Shown here one piece after another: positions 48,101-64,000 of a DNA stretch of 64,000 bases. The stretch spans positions 60,574,001 through 60,638,000 of the forward strand of contig CM060733.1 in NCBI GenBank assembly GCA_030704615.1, written 5' to 3'. Both the position numbers and the translations under genes were made by a program. Within the stretch, counting starts at the first letter, position 1. Each line of letters starts with the position of its first letter. This stretch comes from Takakia lepidozioides (taxonomy: Eukaryota > Plantae > Bryophyta). The notes under the pieces are model-generated. The model made no database searches. It had not been told where the DNA came from and saw only the letters and a list, made by a program, of their open reading frames with translations.

Positions 48101-51100
48101 GATTGGCTGTCTCCAGATGAGAAGTTGAAGATACCTTACAAGTGCGTGTTTGTCCTTTTGACCCTGTCTTCTTTGGTGTCTTAGGCCAGGTCTTGGAAAA
48201 CTTGACTGTGGTGGTCACATTGTGTTGTTACTCTTCTGTGCTTTGGTTATTTGTTATTGTATCACTTTTGGAAATTCAACAAGTTTCTGGAGATGGATAT
48301 GCATGCACAGAAATATGATGGATTGCAAAATAAAAAATGTGGACTCTTGCTGAGGAGAGGGTAACTTATGATGTCACTTGACCCTGAAGTGCTACTGCCT
48401 TCCAATGGAAGGTGGACACCTTTTATGACATTTAATACACATGTGGTTTGACTAGTGAAATGGTATGATGTCCGAACCACTCAGCTATCCTTTGGAAGAC
48501 AATGGAATGGAAATATTAATGTGGAATAGGTTAAATGCCGATCCATTAGTTTGGAGCTCAAGAACTGATGTTTCCTCTCAGGTATGTTGGCTTTTTCTTC
48601 AACTTGGTTTTGATGAATATTGTGGAATGGAACAGAAAGGAGGAGGTGTTGGAGGTGTCAGCAGTTCATGATTTGTGTATTGCTGGTGATGGTCTTGGTA
48701 TGCTCCAGCGGTCCAATGCATTGCAGTTGGTTATTCCTTTAACCAAGGTGAGGTCCTCGCTGCTGAAATTATCTGGTGAATTTTTTCATCCAGCAAGATA
48801 AAGATGCTCTCTTTGACGTCCCTGCGAACACCCAGTTATGGGGTTTCAGCATGCCATGGTATATGATTCATGGGCTGACATTCACATCATACCAGGAAGC
48901 CTCAGGTAGATCCAGGTCTGCTCCTGTAGCTGTCTGGTCTCTTTCACATACGGGGCGTTCTGTATATCCTTAATGCATAGAATAACACTCAATGTGCTGT
49001 GTCTCTATCATAAGGTGTTTGCAAGGGTGGCACCTGATCAAAAGGAACTCATATTAACCACACTCAAGGCAGTTGGCCGCACAACTCTTATGTGTGGTGA
49101 CGGGACTAACGATGTTGGCGCTCTCAAGCAGGTGAGCCCATCAACCCATTGTATGAACATCGTGTATGGCAGGCACTTTGTCTGATTGGGAATTCACAAG
49201 ATTGTTTCATTCTGTGGGTATGGGGTTGACATTTGTATGAGGTGCGATGAATTGGTATCTTTGCTCCCAAGTGCCCCTGGGGTCTAACGAGGACCCACTT
49301 GGTTGTCAAGTATATGGTCTGTGTGCCAGCTTAACTTGAGTTCAGCAGGAGCTGGATTGTGGGGTGATGACATACTGTCTTAAGTGTGTCAGGCACATGT
49401 TGGGGTTGCTCTATTAAATGCTATTCCTCCTGCTCGGGAAGGGACTCCATCCTCATCACCATCAGAGCTACCATCTCCCCCAAATGCGAGTACATCTTCA
49501 ACATCCCCTGCTGGTCATTTTCTCTTCCCTTCTCATCTTAAGTGGCAGTGGGGTAGCCAAGAGATCCCGGTCCTCCCTGCCTACACTTACCTGGGCGTTG
49601 AGTTCTCCTCCAATTGTAATTGGGATGCACATATCCGGAAAGTTGTTCAAACTGGCAAGGGCAAAGCTCTGGGGCTCACTAAATTTTTCCACTGCAGAGG
49701 GGTCAACTCTGAGGTTAAGAAAATCATGCTTTGTCGCGTTATTAGACCTGCCTTGGAGTACGGATCTGCTATATGGGTTGATATCCATTGAAGTGGGGGT
49801 GCTTAAGGAGTGTATGTCAGCATCCTCCAAAACAGCCAATGTGGCTGTTCGGGGTGAGTTTGGCGTTCCGTCCTTAAGCTCCCGACGAGATGAATTCAAG
49901 GTCAGATGGTGGGGTCAACATATGCCCAACACCAGATATCCTAAGTTAATCGACTCTATATCTTGGAAATAGGACCGCCCTGTCAAACCTAAGTCCTGGC
50001 AGAAGAGAGTAGAAGAGATCCTCAAGGACCTGGACCTGGATCCGCAAGTCTTGACCCTGCTGGATAAATCTGACTTAGAGGCTGTAGTGTCCTCAGCCAT
50101 GTCTGTTGCCATGAGATTGTCTGATGAAAATGAAGTTAGGCAGAAAACTTCCCTGAACTTGTTTCCAGTCTGTGACATGGGGGAGGACATCTTGGATGAC
50201 CTCAAGGGTCTACCCACTCTCGGCACTAGACTGAAATTTAAACTCAGGGCAGGAAGCCTACCTTTGAACAGCAAACAGAAGCAGAGAGGAAAGGGAGAGT
50301 GCAATTGCCTGTTGTGTGGGCAATCTGAAGACAGTATTCATTTTCTGATACACTGTCCGGGGTTCTCTCACCAAAGAGATGCTCTCTTCAAATCTATTAA
50401 GGGAATTGTGCCTGTACCCCTGTTTACCAACTTTGAAAGTCTTGAGGCTGAGCCAAAAGCCCAGGCCCTCCTGAGGCCTAGTTTTTGGGCAAATCACACA
50501 CAGCAGATTGATGCTTGTGTGAAGGGATTTCTAGAGGATATCTGGAAAACCCGGATTAATTCTTTATATGGAGGTAAGTCTTATACCAACGTCAGCCCCT
50601 GACAGAGGTAGGTTCTGTCCCTTTTGTTCCCGCTCAAACTGGGCGCGGGGTCAATGGCCACAAGGCTACGGCAAACAACGTCTTATGAGTACAATCTCCC
50701 TTCTCATCAGTTCCTCTCTCAATTTCTCCTCACTATTGCAGTGACTGACTCAAAAGAATGTAAGAAATATCTCCCTTGTTAAGCTTGTCCTCTTTTCCTA
50801 TTGCGCACCGACTTACTTGACTGAGGAGTCTTCAACATGTCTGTGCCCTCAAGGCAACCAAATGTTTGCACTAGCTGTCCACTGACTAGCAGTGTCAACT
50901 ACTAGCAGTTGTCCCAATTCTTTTATAAAGAAGATGAAGGTGAGCCAATGGTAGTCAGTGCTCTTGATTTGCTGCCAAAGTCTGATTTTCAGTGGTCACT
51001 TGCCACAGTTACCAGTGCGAAACCAAAGCGGCCAAGGAGTGGAATTCCAGGTGCCCAAGGCCTGTCAGGTGCCGTCCATTCCCCTCAAAGTGGACCTTCG

Positions 51101-52817
51101 ACAGTGGTTAACCGAGTGAGCAAAGTAGGGCTGCCAGCTTCCAGCCAACAGGCTATTAGTAAACCAATCTCTTCAAGCCAGGTCGCCCCCACTGGCCGGC
51201 CTTTGACCCCAGCAGAGCTGAAGAAGATTCAGTTGAAGAAAATGATTGATGAGATGGGCGAGGAGGGCGATGGAAGATCCGCTCCTGTAGTCCGCCTTGG
51301 GGACGCATCGATGGCAGCCCCTTTCACAGCAAAGCACTCATCAGTGCGTCCTACAATGGACATCATCCGGCAGGGACGGAGCACACTTGTGACTACACTC
51401 CAAATGTTTAAGATACTCGGATTGAATTGTCTGGCGACAGCGTATGTTTTGAGTGTGATGTACTTGGATGGTGTCAAGCTTGGAGATGTGCAGGTCAGCC
51501 TCTTTACAACTACGATATTTTTCTGAAGTCCGAGCTACAAGTTTGGAAATTTGGACTATGTTTCATGTTGTATAGTTTTTGTTTTCTTGTGGTTGGTGAC
51601 TGAGCTTGGCATGTGTTTGGGGAGAGAGTATATTGCCCACCTAGGCACCCAGAGGCATCTGGGAAAGGAACAGGAGAAAGGTTAACAGGGCGGCACTGTA
51701 AATTTCCATAGGAAGTAACCACCTGCTAACAGAGGCAGTAGACAGGTCAAGAAGACCCAGAGGTTCACGGTGGCTTGCCCTGCCATCATCTGTGTTCTTC
51801 AGCTTCTCAGCTTGGCCATGGGAGCTGGCAGGGTTTGCTTGTGCTGTGCCATATGCCTTAATTAGTACACTTAACGCTTTTTCACCATGCTTTCCAAACT
51901 GGCATTGGATATGATCTGCTGACCAGCTTTGATGTACCGGTGGTATTTCTCATATTCTGCAGGCAACTATCAGTGGGCTTTTTCAAGCAACTTTCTTTCT
52001 CTTCATTTCACATGCACGACCTCTTGACACGCTCTCTGCACAGCGGCCACACCCAAACATCTTCAGCCCTTACGTGATCCTCTCCCTACTTGGCCAATTT
52101 GCCATCCACCTGACATTCCTTGTCACAGCTGTGAGGGGTGCACAAGCTTTCATGCCAGAGGAGTGCATTGAGCCTGATTCCGAGTTTTCTCCAAATCTGG
52201 TCAATACTGTTTCATACATGGCCAACATGATGATCCAGGTAAGCGTCTCTCCATTTCGTTCCTAAAGTATGGACTACATGTTCAGTGCCCAAATCACTGT
52301 GTTGGTGGTTTTCATGAGTCACAACCTCCCTTCATCCCCTCCAGCACTAGCTTCTGAAGCGACAGGGCGCTTGTGTCCTGTTTTCCACCAAAGACTTAAT
52401 TTATTACTCATGACTTGGTACTCCTGTGTCAAAGGGATGATAGTTGGGTTGCTTCAGTGGGGCTGACAAGTGATTTCGATGATCCAGGTGGCCACATTTG
52501 CGGTGAATTATATCGGCCACCCCTTCAATCAAAGTATTCGGGAGAACAGACCCTTCTATTTTGCCCTCACCTCGGCAGCAATTTTCTTCACTGCCATCAC
52601 TTCAGATGTGTTTCGAAGCTTGAATAATTGGCTAAGATTGGTGCCCCTTCCCAAGCCTTTTGGCACCAAAGTGCTTGTGTGGGCAATTACAATGATGATC
52701 AGTTGCTATGTTTGGGAGCATTCTCTCCGGTGGTTGTTTCCAGCCAGAATGCCTTCCTCTCGCCCTCGACAACGCCAGAATGTTGCGAAGAGCACGCATG
52801 TCAAAAAGGTCCAGTAG
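39169..52817 (+). CDS. PDR2: P5A-type ATPase (PDR2/MIA/ATP13A1/Spf1 orthologue), about 20 exons
   Basis: [88 protein letters not shown]; GT-AG junctions visible; stop TAG at 52815-52817. Confidence 0.95.
44447..44545 (-). mobile_element. LINE-A 3' tail fragment in an ATPase intron
   Basis: Reverse complement of the 50605-50696 tail (...CTTATGAGTACA) next to a GA microsatellite. Confidence 0.75.
45312..45740 (+). mobile_element. LINE-A-related tail and RT fragment in an ATPase intron
   Basis: Tail TCTTATGAGTACATTCTCTC, then [32 protein letters not shown]. Confidence 0.75.
49538..50696 (+). mobile_element. 5'-truncated RTE/RTEX-like LINE-A insertion in ATPase intron 49514-51008
   Basis: [15 protein letters not shown]-terminal CxxC..HFLIHC; 12-bp TSD TCCCTTCTCATC (49526-49537 and 50697-50708). 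Confidence 0.9.
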
Positions 52818-53628
52818 GGTATTCAACTGTGGAGGATAGGAAATCAACTATAGAATTTTGAGGAGATCAGTGTCTGTAACGGTTATTTCCACCATTTATA
52901 ATGCAATGGGGTGCTCAGAAACCCTTCTGCGAAACTGCGCAGTACTCTTATTGATGGACTCTGAAGTCCTCGTGTCGTAAGCTTGCATCAAGGATTCTTT
53001 ACAGCTTGAGTGTGACAGTAAGTCACGGATACACAAAGTGAAAGATATGAACATTCTGAATATTGGTAATAAGAGGTTGTACACTATAGAAAAGTTCTGA
53101 GGTGCAGCCCAGATGTTATGCTTGCCACCAGGCCAAGAGTAGTGGCTATTTGTAGCCTAAAAGATGAGATTCTACACTCTGCCGAGTATGCATGAGTTTT
53201 CAGTACATTTTCTAGTTCTATCTTTTTGGGAGGAGTCTAGGAGGTTAGAAGCTATTGGAACTTTTGCATGTATCCTTATGTGTTGCTCTATTACCATCTG
53301 GAGCCTCTTCCATCTGCAGAGTAGTGACACCCTCATGAACCTTTTGGGAGTGAGGGGAAGAGGCTGCTTGTTCACTGCTTGTTTGTTTAATCTACTGCTT
53401 CAAGCGTTTTTCTCTGGATTCAATGACCCTGGTTTACCTTGTTCCAAGATATACTGCTGATTTCAAGCAAGGTATAGTCTGTTATCAGATTGTTCTTAGA
53501 CAGTAGTTGAAACTTGCAAATGGTGGCCTTACATCACCATCACCAGAACTACAGTCTTGTCACAATCTCAGTGTAAAGAACAGAATCAAGTGTGACAGCT
53601 ATTGCAGTTTCGGTGTTGTTGTGCCCAG

Positions 53629-54713
53629 GTGATAAAGGGTTATACGCATTGGCTCCACCCCACCAGGGGGTAGATGGCGACTGGAGTGAATCAAGTGGAG
53701 TCATAGTCTACAAGTGGAATCAGGAGAATGCGCGACCCAACACGGGTAGCCAGAATTGGAAGAGAAGGTGGAGTTGTTGCGGGGTCTACGGGGAAGATGC
53801 CCCTCCTTGCAGAACTGGGTGGCATCTCTCCTATGACGATGGAGCTACTCTCTTTTGAAGACTGGTGTGCAACAGGCTCTTCCTTGCGGGGTGATTCGCT
53901 CTTGACTGATGCCCTCATGAGAGTAATGTCACAATCTGCCTTAGACATCCAAGATAAGAAAGGCAACATGAATCGCTGGTAGCAGACGACAAACTAAACA
54001 ACGCTGGTTGAACGTTAGGCTCTACAACATCGTGAGCACCAGAGAATCCTTACCAGTCATGTGGCCATGATACTGGCAAGCTGTCGGATTATTTTCATCT
54101 TTTCTGTATATGTATCCACACTGCAGACATTTCTTTACTTCCGGATCCTTCCCAGTTGGCTGGCCTTGCCCCTGCAATGCATCTCCCTTTCCAAATGCAC
54201 TGACGTGCACTCTGCCCTTTCTTTAGGCATCCGATCCCGGCGAGCTAAGTTTCCATACAAGACCCTTCAATGTCATGAGTTGGTGATTCTCAGACCTCCG
54301 AAATGTGACCAGATTTGCACATATTAATCTTCCAGGATTTGAAGCTTTTTGGGCAAAGCAAGCTCCCGTTGAAGAATCTCTCTGTACTATTGGCATGGAA
54401 TCTCGCAGGCAAAGGGGAGTTGAAGTGACTGAACCACCATGAGCTTCCCCAGGGCCACCTTGGTTGCCGCCTGTGGAATACCAAAAAAGCTATACTGGAA
54501 AAGATTCCCAGCCTACGCCAAGATTCCCAAAACCACAAGCCAATGCTCCAAAATCATGGAAGATTCTTACAGAATCTGTGCAGAAAGCTACCGACGTCGG
54601 CCCGATCAAACCTGGAACAGAATTTTAGTGTAGAGAGAAGATGAGGGTTGGAGAGGGGGGGAATCTTGATCACCAGCGCTCCGTGCAAGACAGACTGCAC
54701 AGACGGCGTTCAT
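53629..54713. pseudogene. Conserved plant Cys/His-rich protein gene with an inverted last exon and an in-frame stop
   Basis: Minus-strand exon ...KKCLQCG..ENNPTACQYHGHMTG|GTAAGG ends at 54054. Plus-strand exon CAG|GT GAT AAA (53629-53858) reads DKGLYALAPPHQG..WSCCG..PPCRTGWHLSYDDG. TAA at ~54223-54225. The 5' limit is uncertain. Confidence 0.75.
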
Positions 54714-54925
54714 CGTGCTCGTAATACATTGTTGTAGATAAGAGCTTGGCACGCTATTTTGGTATGCCATATACGTGAGTCATATTCAAGGGTGGTAGAG
54801 ACTAGAAACAGTAGAAGCGAGGAATCTTCTGTCCTGTGCTTTTGGGTATTAGGAATCTGAGAGGCACACAGACAGTTGGGATGCAGGGGGTGTTGTGATC
54901 TTTGTATGGTGCAGGAGTGAGGGCC

Positions 54926-57900
54926 ATGGACAGGGGTGTCCAGAGGTGGGCTGTGAATGCCTCTGCATGGGCGCCGTCCCGGCGCCAGTTTGATTTTTGT
55001 GTTGGTCTCTTGCCCCCGTCGGAAAGCTCCCCCGTGTTGAGGTCCGTGCTGTCACATCTTTCTACTAAAGAACTGCAGTGAAGAGACAGATAGATTCTTG
55101 GGGGTTTAGGGTATAATCTCGACGACAAACGATCGACTGTAGACGTTGGAAGTATGGAATGTCTGCACTCGAAAACCATGAAATGCAAATTTAATGAATG
55201 CCTTATGCAGTGGTGCCTGTCAATTGTTTGATGGGCTGCGGAAGCAGGTTAATAAATTTCGAAGATCAGAAAAAGGCTCTGATTAGTAGGTTGCTGCAGC
55301 GGAAGCTGGTGCATTCTCTTCTCGGTATTGATTATGACAGTATAATTATTGAACGCACCAGAGAAGGCAAGCCTTACTTGGTCTCTCTCTCACTCTCTCC
55401 TCCCCATCACTCATAACGGCAGAGTTCCACCGGGCCTTGTCATTTCCGACTTTAGTCCTCATCGAGTCAGCTAATTGCTGTTGATTCTAATGTTCTAACC
55501 ATATGAAGTACCTTCCTGCTGTGGACGAGCGTTTGTTCTGTATGTTCCTTGTGTAGTGGAAAGTCTTAATATCATCTCATGGGCTCATTTGGAAACAGAC
55601 CCGGTGTGCACAGGTGAACAAAGTGGAGGATGCTAGCTTTCCAAACTATAACTTCAACGTGAGCCACCATGGTGATTATGTAGTTTTAGTGTCGGAACCT
55701 CTTTGTCTGGTGGGTGTGGATGTCATGACCCATGACCCCCGCTACAAGGAGCCCCCGGCTGAATTCTTTCAAACATTTTCATCCTGCTACACTCAATCTG
55801 AGTGGGATACCATCAACCGTGCAGGCCCTGAGGCAGGCGCTCTCCTGGATCAATTTTACAGGTAAATCTTATCTAGGTTTTTCTATCAAGTGTCTTCACA
55901 AATTACCACCTAAGGCACTTTTGTCTTCAAGCATTTTCTATTGATTACTTTTCATCTACCATGATGTGATCAAGTATGCACATTTTTGACACATTTTTAA
56001 ACAGGTTCTGGTGTATGAAGGAAGCTTACATCAAGGCAGTGGGAATTGGGCTTGGGTTTGAGCTGCAAAGGGCTGAGTTCTACTACCAGGGTGGAAACAC
56101 AAGGGGTAATCTGGCTCATTTGCGCATCGATGGGAAGGAGAAGCCAGATTGGCAGTTTTATCTGCACAGATTGGGCACTGATCATTGGGTAAGTTTCAGT
56201 TCATGGTGTATGGTGGGTTTGGAGATAATCTAACAGATATTTCAGGCAATCATGTCATTGGCTAGTGATGATGAGTTACCCCACTATTTCTGTCACGTTG
56301 AATTGGGTGTGTAGTATACCCTGGCAGGAAATAGAAAATAGTGACTAAGTAGCTATTTTCTAAGTTTCAGAAAGGTGTATCATTCATCATGATAGTCAAG
56401 TTCTTAATGGACAGGATTATCAAACCAGATTACTTTCCAGCAAATGCCAAAGAAACTGGCTGTCCATACCTTAGAAGCAAGCATGACAAGCCATCAACCT
56501 ACTGATAGTTTTTGAAGAATATTCCAAACACTTATGCTCAGAAGCCAACCCTCATTTAGAAGGTGTGGAAGAAGAATGTCATCCGACATCGACCACTCAT
56601 AGCTATCAAGGAAAAGGTGATGCATTCCCTGGATCCATCACAGCCAACCAACAAATCAACAGGTTAGTGATCCCTGTGGAACCCCAGGTATATGGCCTTC
56701 TTATCCATGTCCACCATGAGAGACAAAGGAGATGGTCCTATGTCTAGATGACAAGCATAGCATTACATCCTTATAACAACAAGATTACTGCAAAAGAGAT
56801 AGTGAGGAAAACCTGTTTGTTCAGCACTCTACCTGTTGGTTCTTGAGGAAGAGGCCATTTTCCCTCCTTGAGATAAGCAGACTGAGCTGCTTCTCTCCTT
56901 ATGTACATTCTTGGAGTGTGGAAGGTGCAGGGACATGAGGTCATGCTCATTTAAGGGCCACCACTGAGGACCTTACAGAACTAGATAGTCCAGTCTGGGT
57001 CAATCTCTTCCAGGGCTTCAGATGAGTTGGAAACTTCCAGCTGAAAGTCCCCATCCTTCACTGTCTTCCCTTATTGATTCACCAACGTCTAAAGTAGCTC
57101 TCCAACCAGTCAAGGGTCGAACTTCTCTGAGTTTAATTTGCTGTGGGACTCTACCTGTCAATGTTTCTTAGACATAGTCACCTTCGATACACCTCTGTTA
57201 CCAAGGCTCGAGATGTGCCATCAGCGAGATAATCCAAGCCTAAACCTGAGCAAATAGTTTTAAAGGACATGATGTCCACCCTGGGATTCACCCCAAAATG
57301 AAGCTCTCTTTCTGGCACGAGTAACCAGCTCCCAGGAATCACCATGGGGAATACGAACATTTTTGTGGAAAATGAGATGTATTAATAGCAGGTGAGAGAG
57401 AGAAACACAAGGGCATACCATAGCCCAAGTGTCAAGCATGCAAGCCAGGGCATGCAACTGCCTACTTTGAGGGGAGGGGCTGCCCCCAAATGGTAGGGAT
57501 CCGCTTGTTGCCATTCAGTGATCATCACTCCATAGGAGCTGCAGTAAATGGCCCGTGTAGTCGTACTCTAAAGGAGGGGAGACCCCTTCTCTCCAACTAA
57601 AATCAATGCATTACCTTACCTAAAGTGAAATGCTTCAGGTTAAACTAACATAGGCGAGGGGTGACAAGGCTGACATTTGGTCACAGAGATGTTTATCTAC
57701 TCCCATGTCCAGGTTACCCATAGGCGAGGGGGAGAGAATGTACTCATAAGACGTTGTTGGCAGTAGCCTTGTTGCCATAGACCCCACGACCAGTTTGGGT
57801 GGAACAAAAGGGAACAGATACCACCTTTATGAGGGGCTCATTCCGGTAGTGACTTACCTTGATAGAGACAATTAGTTCGGGTTTTCCAGATATCCTCTAG

Positions 57901-58458
57901 AAAACCCTTCACACAAGCATCAACTTGCTGTGCTAAAGATAGTCCTTTACAATCAACTTCTAATTTTTTTCCTGCCTTGTGCTTGTTGTCTGACACTGAC
58001 CTTAGCTGTAACTGAACAGTTTTATCATGGGTGTTGTCTAGACTATTGGTCGCCTTATTACAGTTGCTGTCATATACACATGAGGAAACCCCTGCACTGC
58101 TGAGAGCCTTTCGCCAAGTTCCGAAAGCCTTTGAACAGCAAGATGGGGTGAATCTGAAATTCACTGGTGAGGGGTTCTGCCTGATAATGTATATGGTTGT
58201 GAGGGTTTGATATTCCAGTGTCTACCGTCAGTGTAGACTAAGCATTGTTAAGCTAGTGTGAATGAGTGTGTGTGTTCATTGCTGCAGGTCTGTGTAGCAA
58301 GGGGTCCTCCCGCGGAAGCAGTTGAAAGTTACCGGAAAACTCTGCAAAGGGTAGAGTTTGACACTGCTGCATATGGTGCAGCATTAGCTCTTCCCAACAA
58401 AACATTTACTCTATTAACAATTGAAGACCTCATTCCTGGGGGTATTCTAGAGAGATGA
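54926..58458 (+). CDS. Sfp/AASDHPPT-type 4'-phosphopantetheinyl transferase, 5 coding exons
   Basis: MDRGVQRWAV, ERTREGKPYL, FNVSHHGDYV, VGVDVM, WCMKEAYIKAVGIG; exons ~54926-55041, 55248-55380, 55614-55861, 56005-56188 and 58288-58458. Confidence 0.93.
57735..57932 (-). mobile_element. LINE-A 3' end in the long PPTase intron (other degraded LINE-like sequence probably nearby)
   Basis: [18 protein letters not shown] and the same 3' tail as 50500-50696, reversed. Confidence 0.8.
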
Positions 58459-58867
58459 ATTCAAACCACCACAATTGCCCGGCCTGGGCGCCCAGCAATC
58501 CATTTCAAATGCTTATAATTCTTGCAATATGGACTCACACCTTGTGAATGACAGTTCCTTCAAAATGTACAGAGAAGACCTTTCCCTTTTTTTTTCTTTT
58601 TTCTTTTTTTTAAACCTTTCTTTAGAGCTGTCTTGGTAATTATTTCAACATATTTGATTATAAAATTATAATTAATAATACATTTTTCTAATACTTAATA
58701 ACTCGTTGATAAATTTATGCCATTGGAAAGCTGCCCTTGAAAGTAGGTTTGTTTCAAGCCATAGTTCAAAGAATTCTAAGAAATATCTCTCTGGAAACTA
58801 ACTAATTTTTCTCTTAATACTTGATAGATACTATTTTGAATAATATCTAAACTATTCAATAAATCGA

Positions 58868-59190
58868 CTTTTTTTTTCTTAGTTTTTTTTTAATAACAGG
58901 GGACTGAGGCCTTGGTTATTTTATTCAAGTTCAAAAGGCAGAACCGAAGTTTCGAGAAGTACAAGAGGAAAAAATAACCTACCATGAGTGCCGACACAGC
59001 TTCGTGACCAAATCGTCTAGAGAGGGTGCGGGGAGGAGCCTAACGGAAGCAAGAACTCTGGGAGGCGCGATCTGCCAGCTACTAGAAATTGAACAAGAAA
59101 GAGCAGAACGTGGGGCCAGAGCCTAAGAAAGGTGCAAGGGAGGTGGGGAGAGCAGGGGGTGCCAAGGCTGGCTGCCAAAACTAACCGGTC
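58868..59190 (-). mobile_element. Probable LINE 3'-UTR fragment
   Basis: Poly-T followed by AACAGGGG..GGCC..TTTATT, resembling the L1 tail at 22275-22320. Confidence 0.4.
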
Positions 59191-60164
59191 ATGATTGTTC
59201 GTGTAGCTCGTCCGGCACTTTCTATCATCTGCCTAATTTGTTTCTGGTTTCGAGTCGATAATTGACAACGGTGGACTACATTCTGAGTAGATTCAGCAGT
59301 TTCCTCACCTCATTGATACGTCTATTGCTTTCCAGTGAATTTTCTGAGGAACATGACTGTCATCTGGACTCATGACTGCGATGATACACACTAACATGGT
59401 TTGTGTTGGCCAGTTGTATGCGTGTTAAGTGTGTATATTAATTTTTTCTTGAATAGATCTGAGTATAGCTTTTTAAGTAAGTACTCTTACTTAAGGTTAA
59501 GGATAAAGTTGACGACGTGAGTTACTTAACAAGGAAGTCGAGTACACGTTCACAATGTGTAAGAGTAAGCGAAGAGGATGCACAACTTATGTTGCTTACA
59601 TTTTGATGAATACTTTGTCTCGTCCTGAAGCATGTCACCTGAGAGATCACTTCAATATACATATGTAGTTCTAGTGTTTGGCATTGACCAACTATCGTGT
59701 AGCGAGGAACACGCAAAGCATGGGTGCATGTGAGCTCTGATCAGAGTCTTGAGATCCACTGATTCACTGATCTAGCTCTTTGAGTCTGATGCAATTTGTC
59801 CTCCCTTCATACTTGTGCTCTGTATTTTAAGCTTCGGACTTGTTCTCTGAATACAATGCTGGAGAGGTCGAGATCAGTCAAAACGAAAAAGAATCACTAA
59901 TCACGGTAATTGATGCGAGCTAAAACATGTCCGGAGTGTTCACTTCCTACCGCTGTGAAGACTTCCCAAGAGTTGAAGGCATTCGCAGGTGAACACTTGA
60001 AGCGAATCCCCGTATCATCTCCATATTTCTATATAATCTCATGCATTGCTTTTGCTGGTACTAGATTACTCACGTGCCAAGTCATGATTTGAAGGCCACT
60101 TGCCAGATGCTCTTCACGTCTACGTCATCAGATAGCTGTGTCATTTCAACAGTCTCCCTTTTGT

Positions 60165-64000
<3,836 letters not shown>

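Overview
Eukaryotic nuclear DNA from a land plant. Short GT-AG introns and plant-type proteins support this; a bryophyte-grade host such as a hornwort is only a guess from composition and TE types. The first ~38.7 kb is a nested transposon block with three decaying CACTA/En-Spm elements: 1-3495 (right part only), ~9981-18729 (left TIR not found) and 25093-37839 (complete, 19-bp TIRs, CCT target duplication). The third element splits an L1-type LINE inside its RT motif. The block also holds RTE/RTEX-like LINE fragments, a palindrome-forming TIR family and a foldback element. The remaining ~25 kb is genic: a P5A-ATPase (PDR2/MIA orthologue), a conserved plant gene whose second exon is inverted, a 4'-phosphopantetheinyl transferase and the 3' part of a CDC48C/NVL-type AAA ATPase. 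The most unusual signals are in the CACTA cargo: a SET-domain ORF inside the putative first transposase intron of element 2, an FCP1/NIF phosphatase-like domain embedded in a divergently oriented tnpA of element 3, and duplicated antisense ribosomal-protein fragments (eS1, eL27) downstream of tnpD in two elements. All family assignments are motif recognition by eye; no searches were run, and most boundaries without a TIR, TSD or splice site are approximate.
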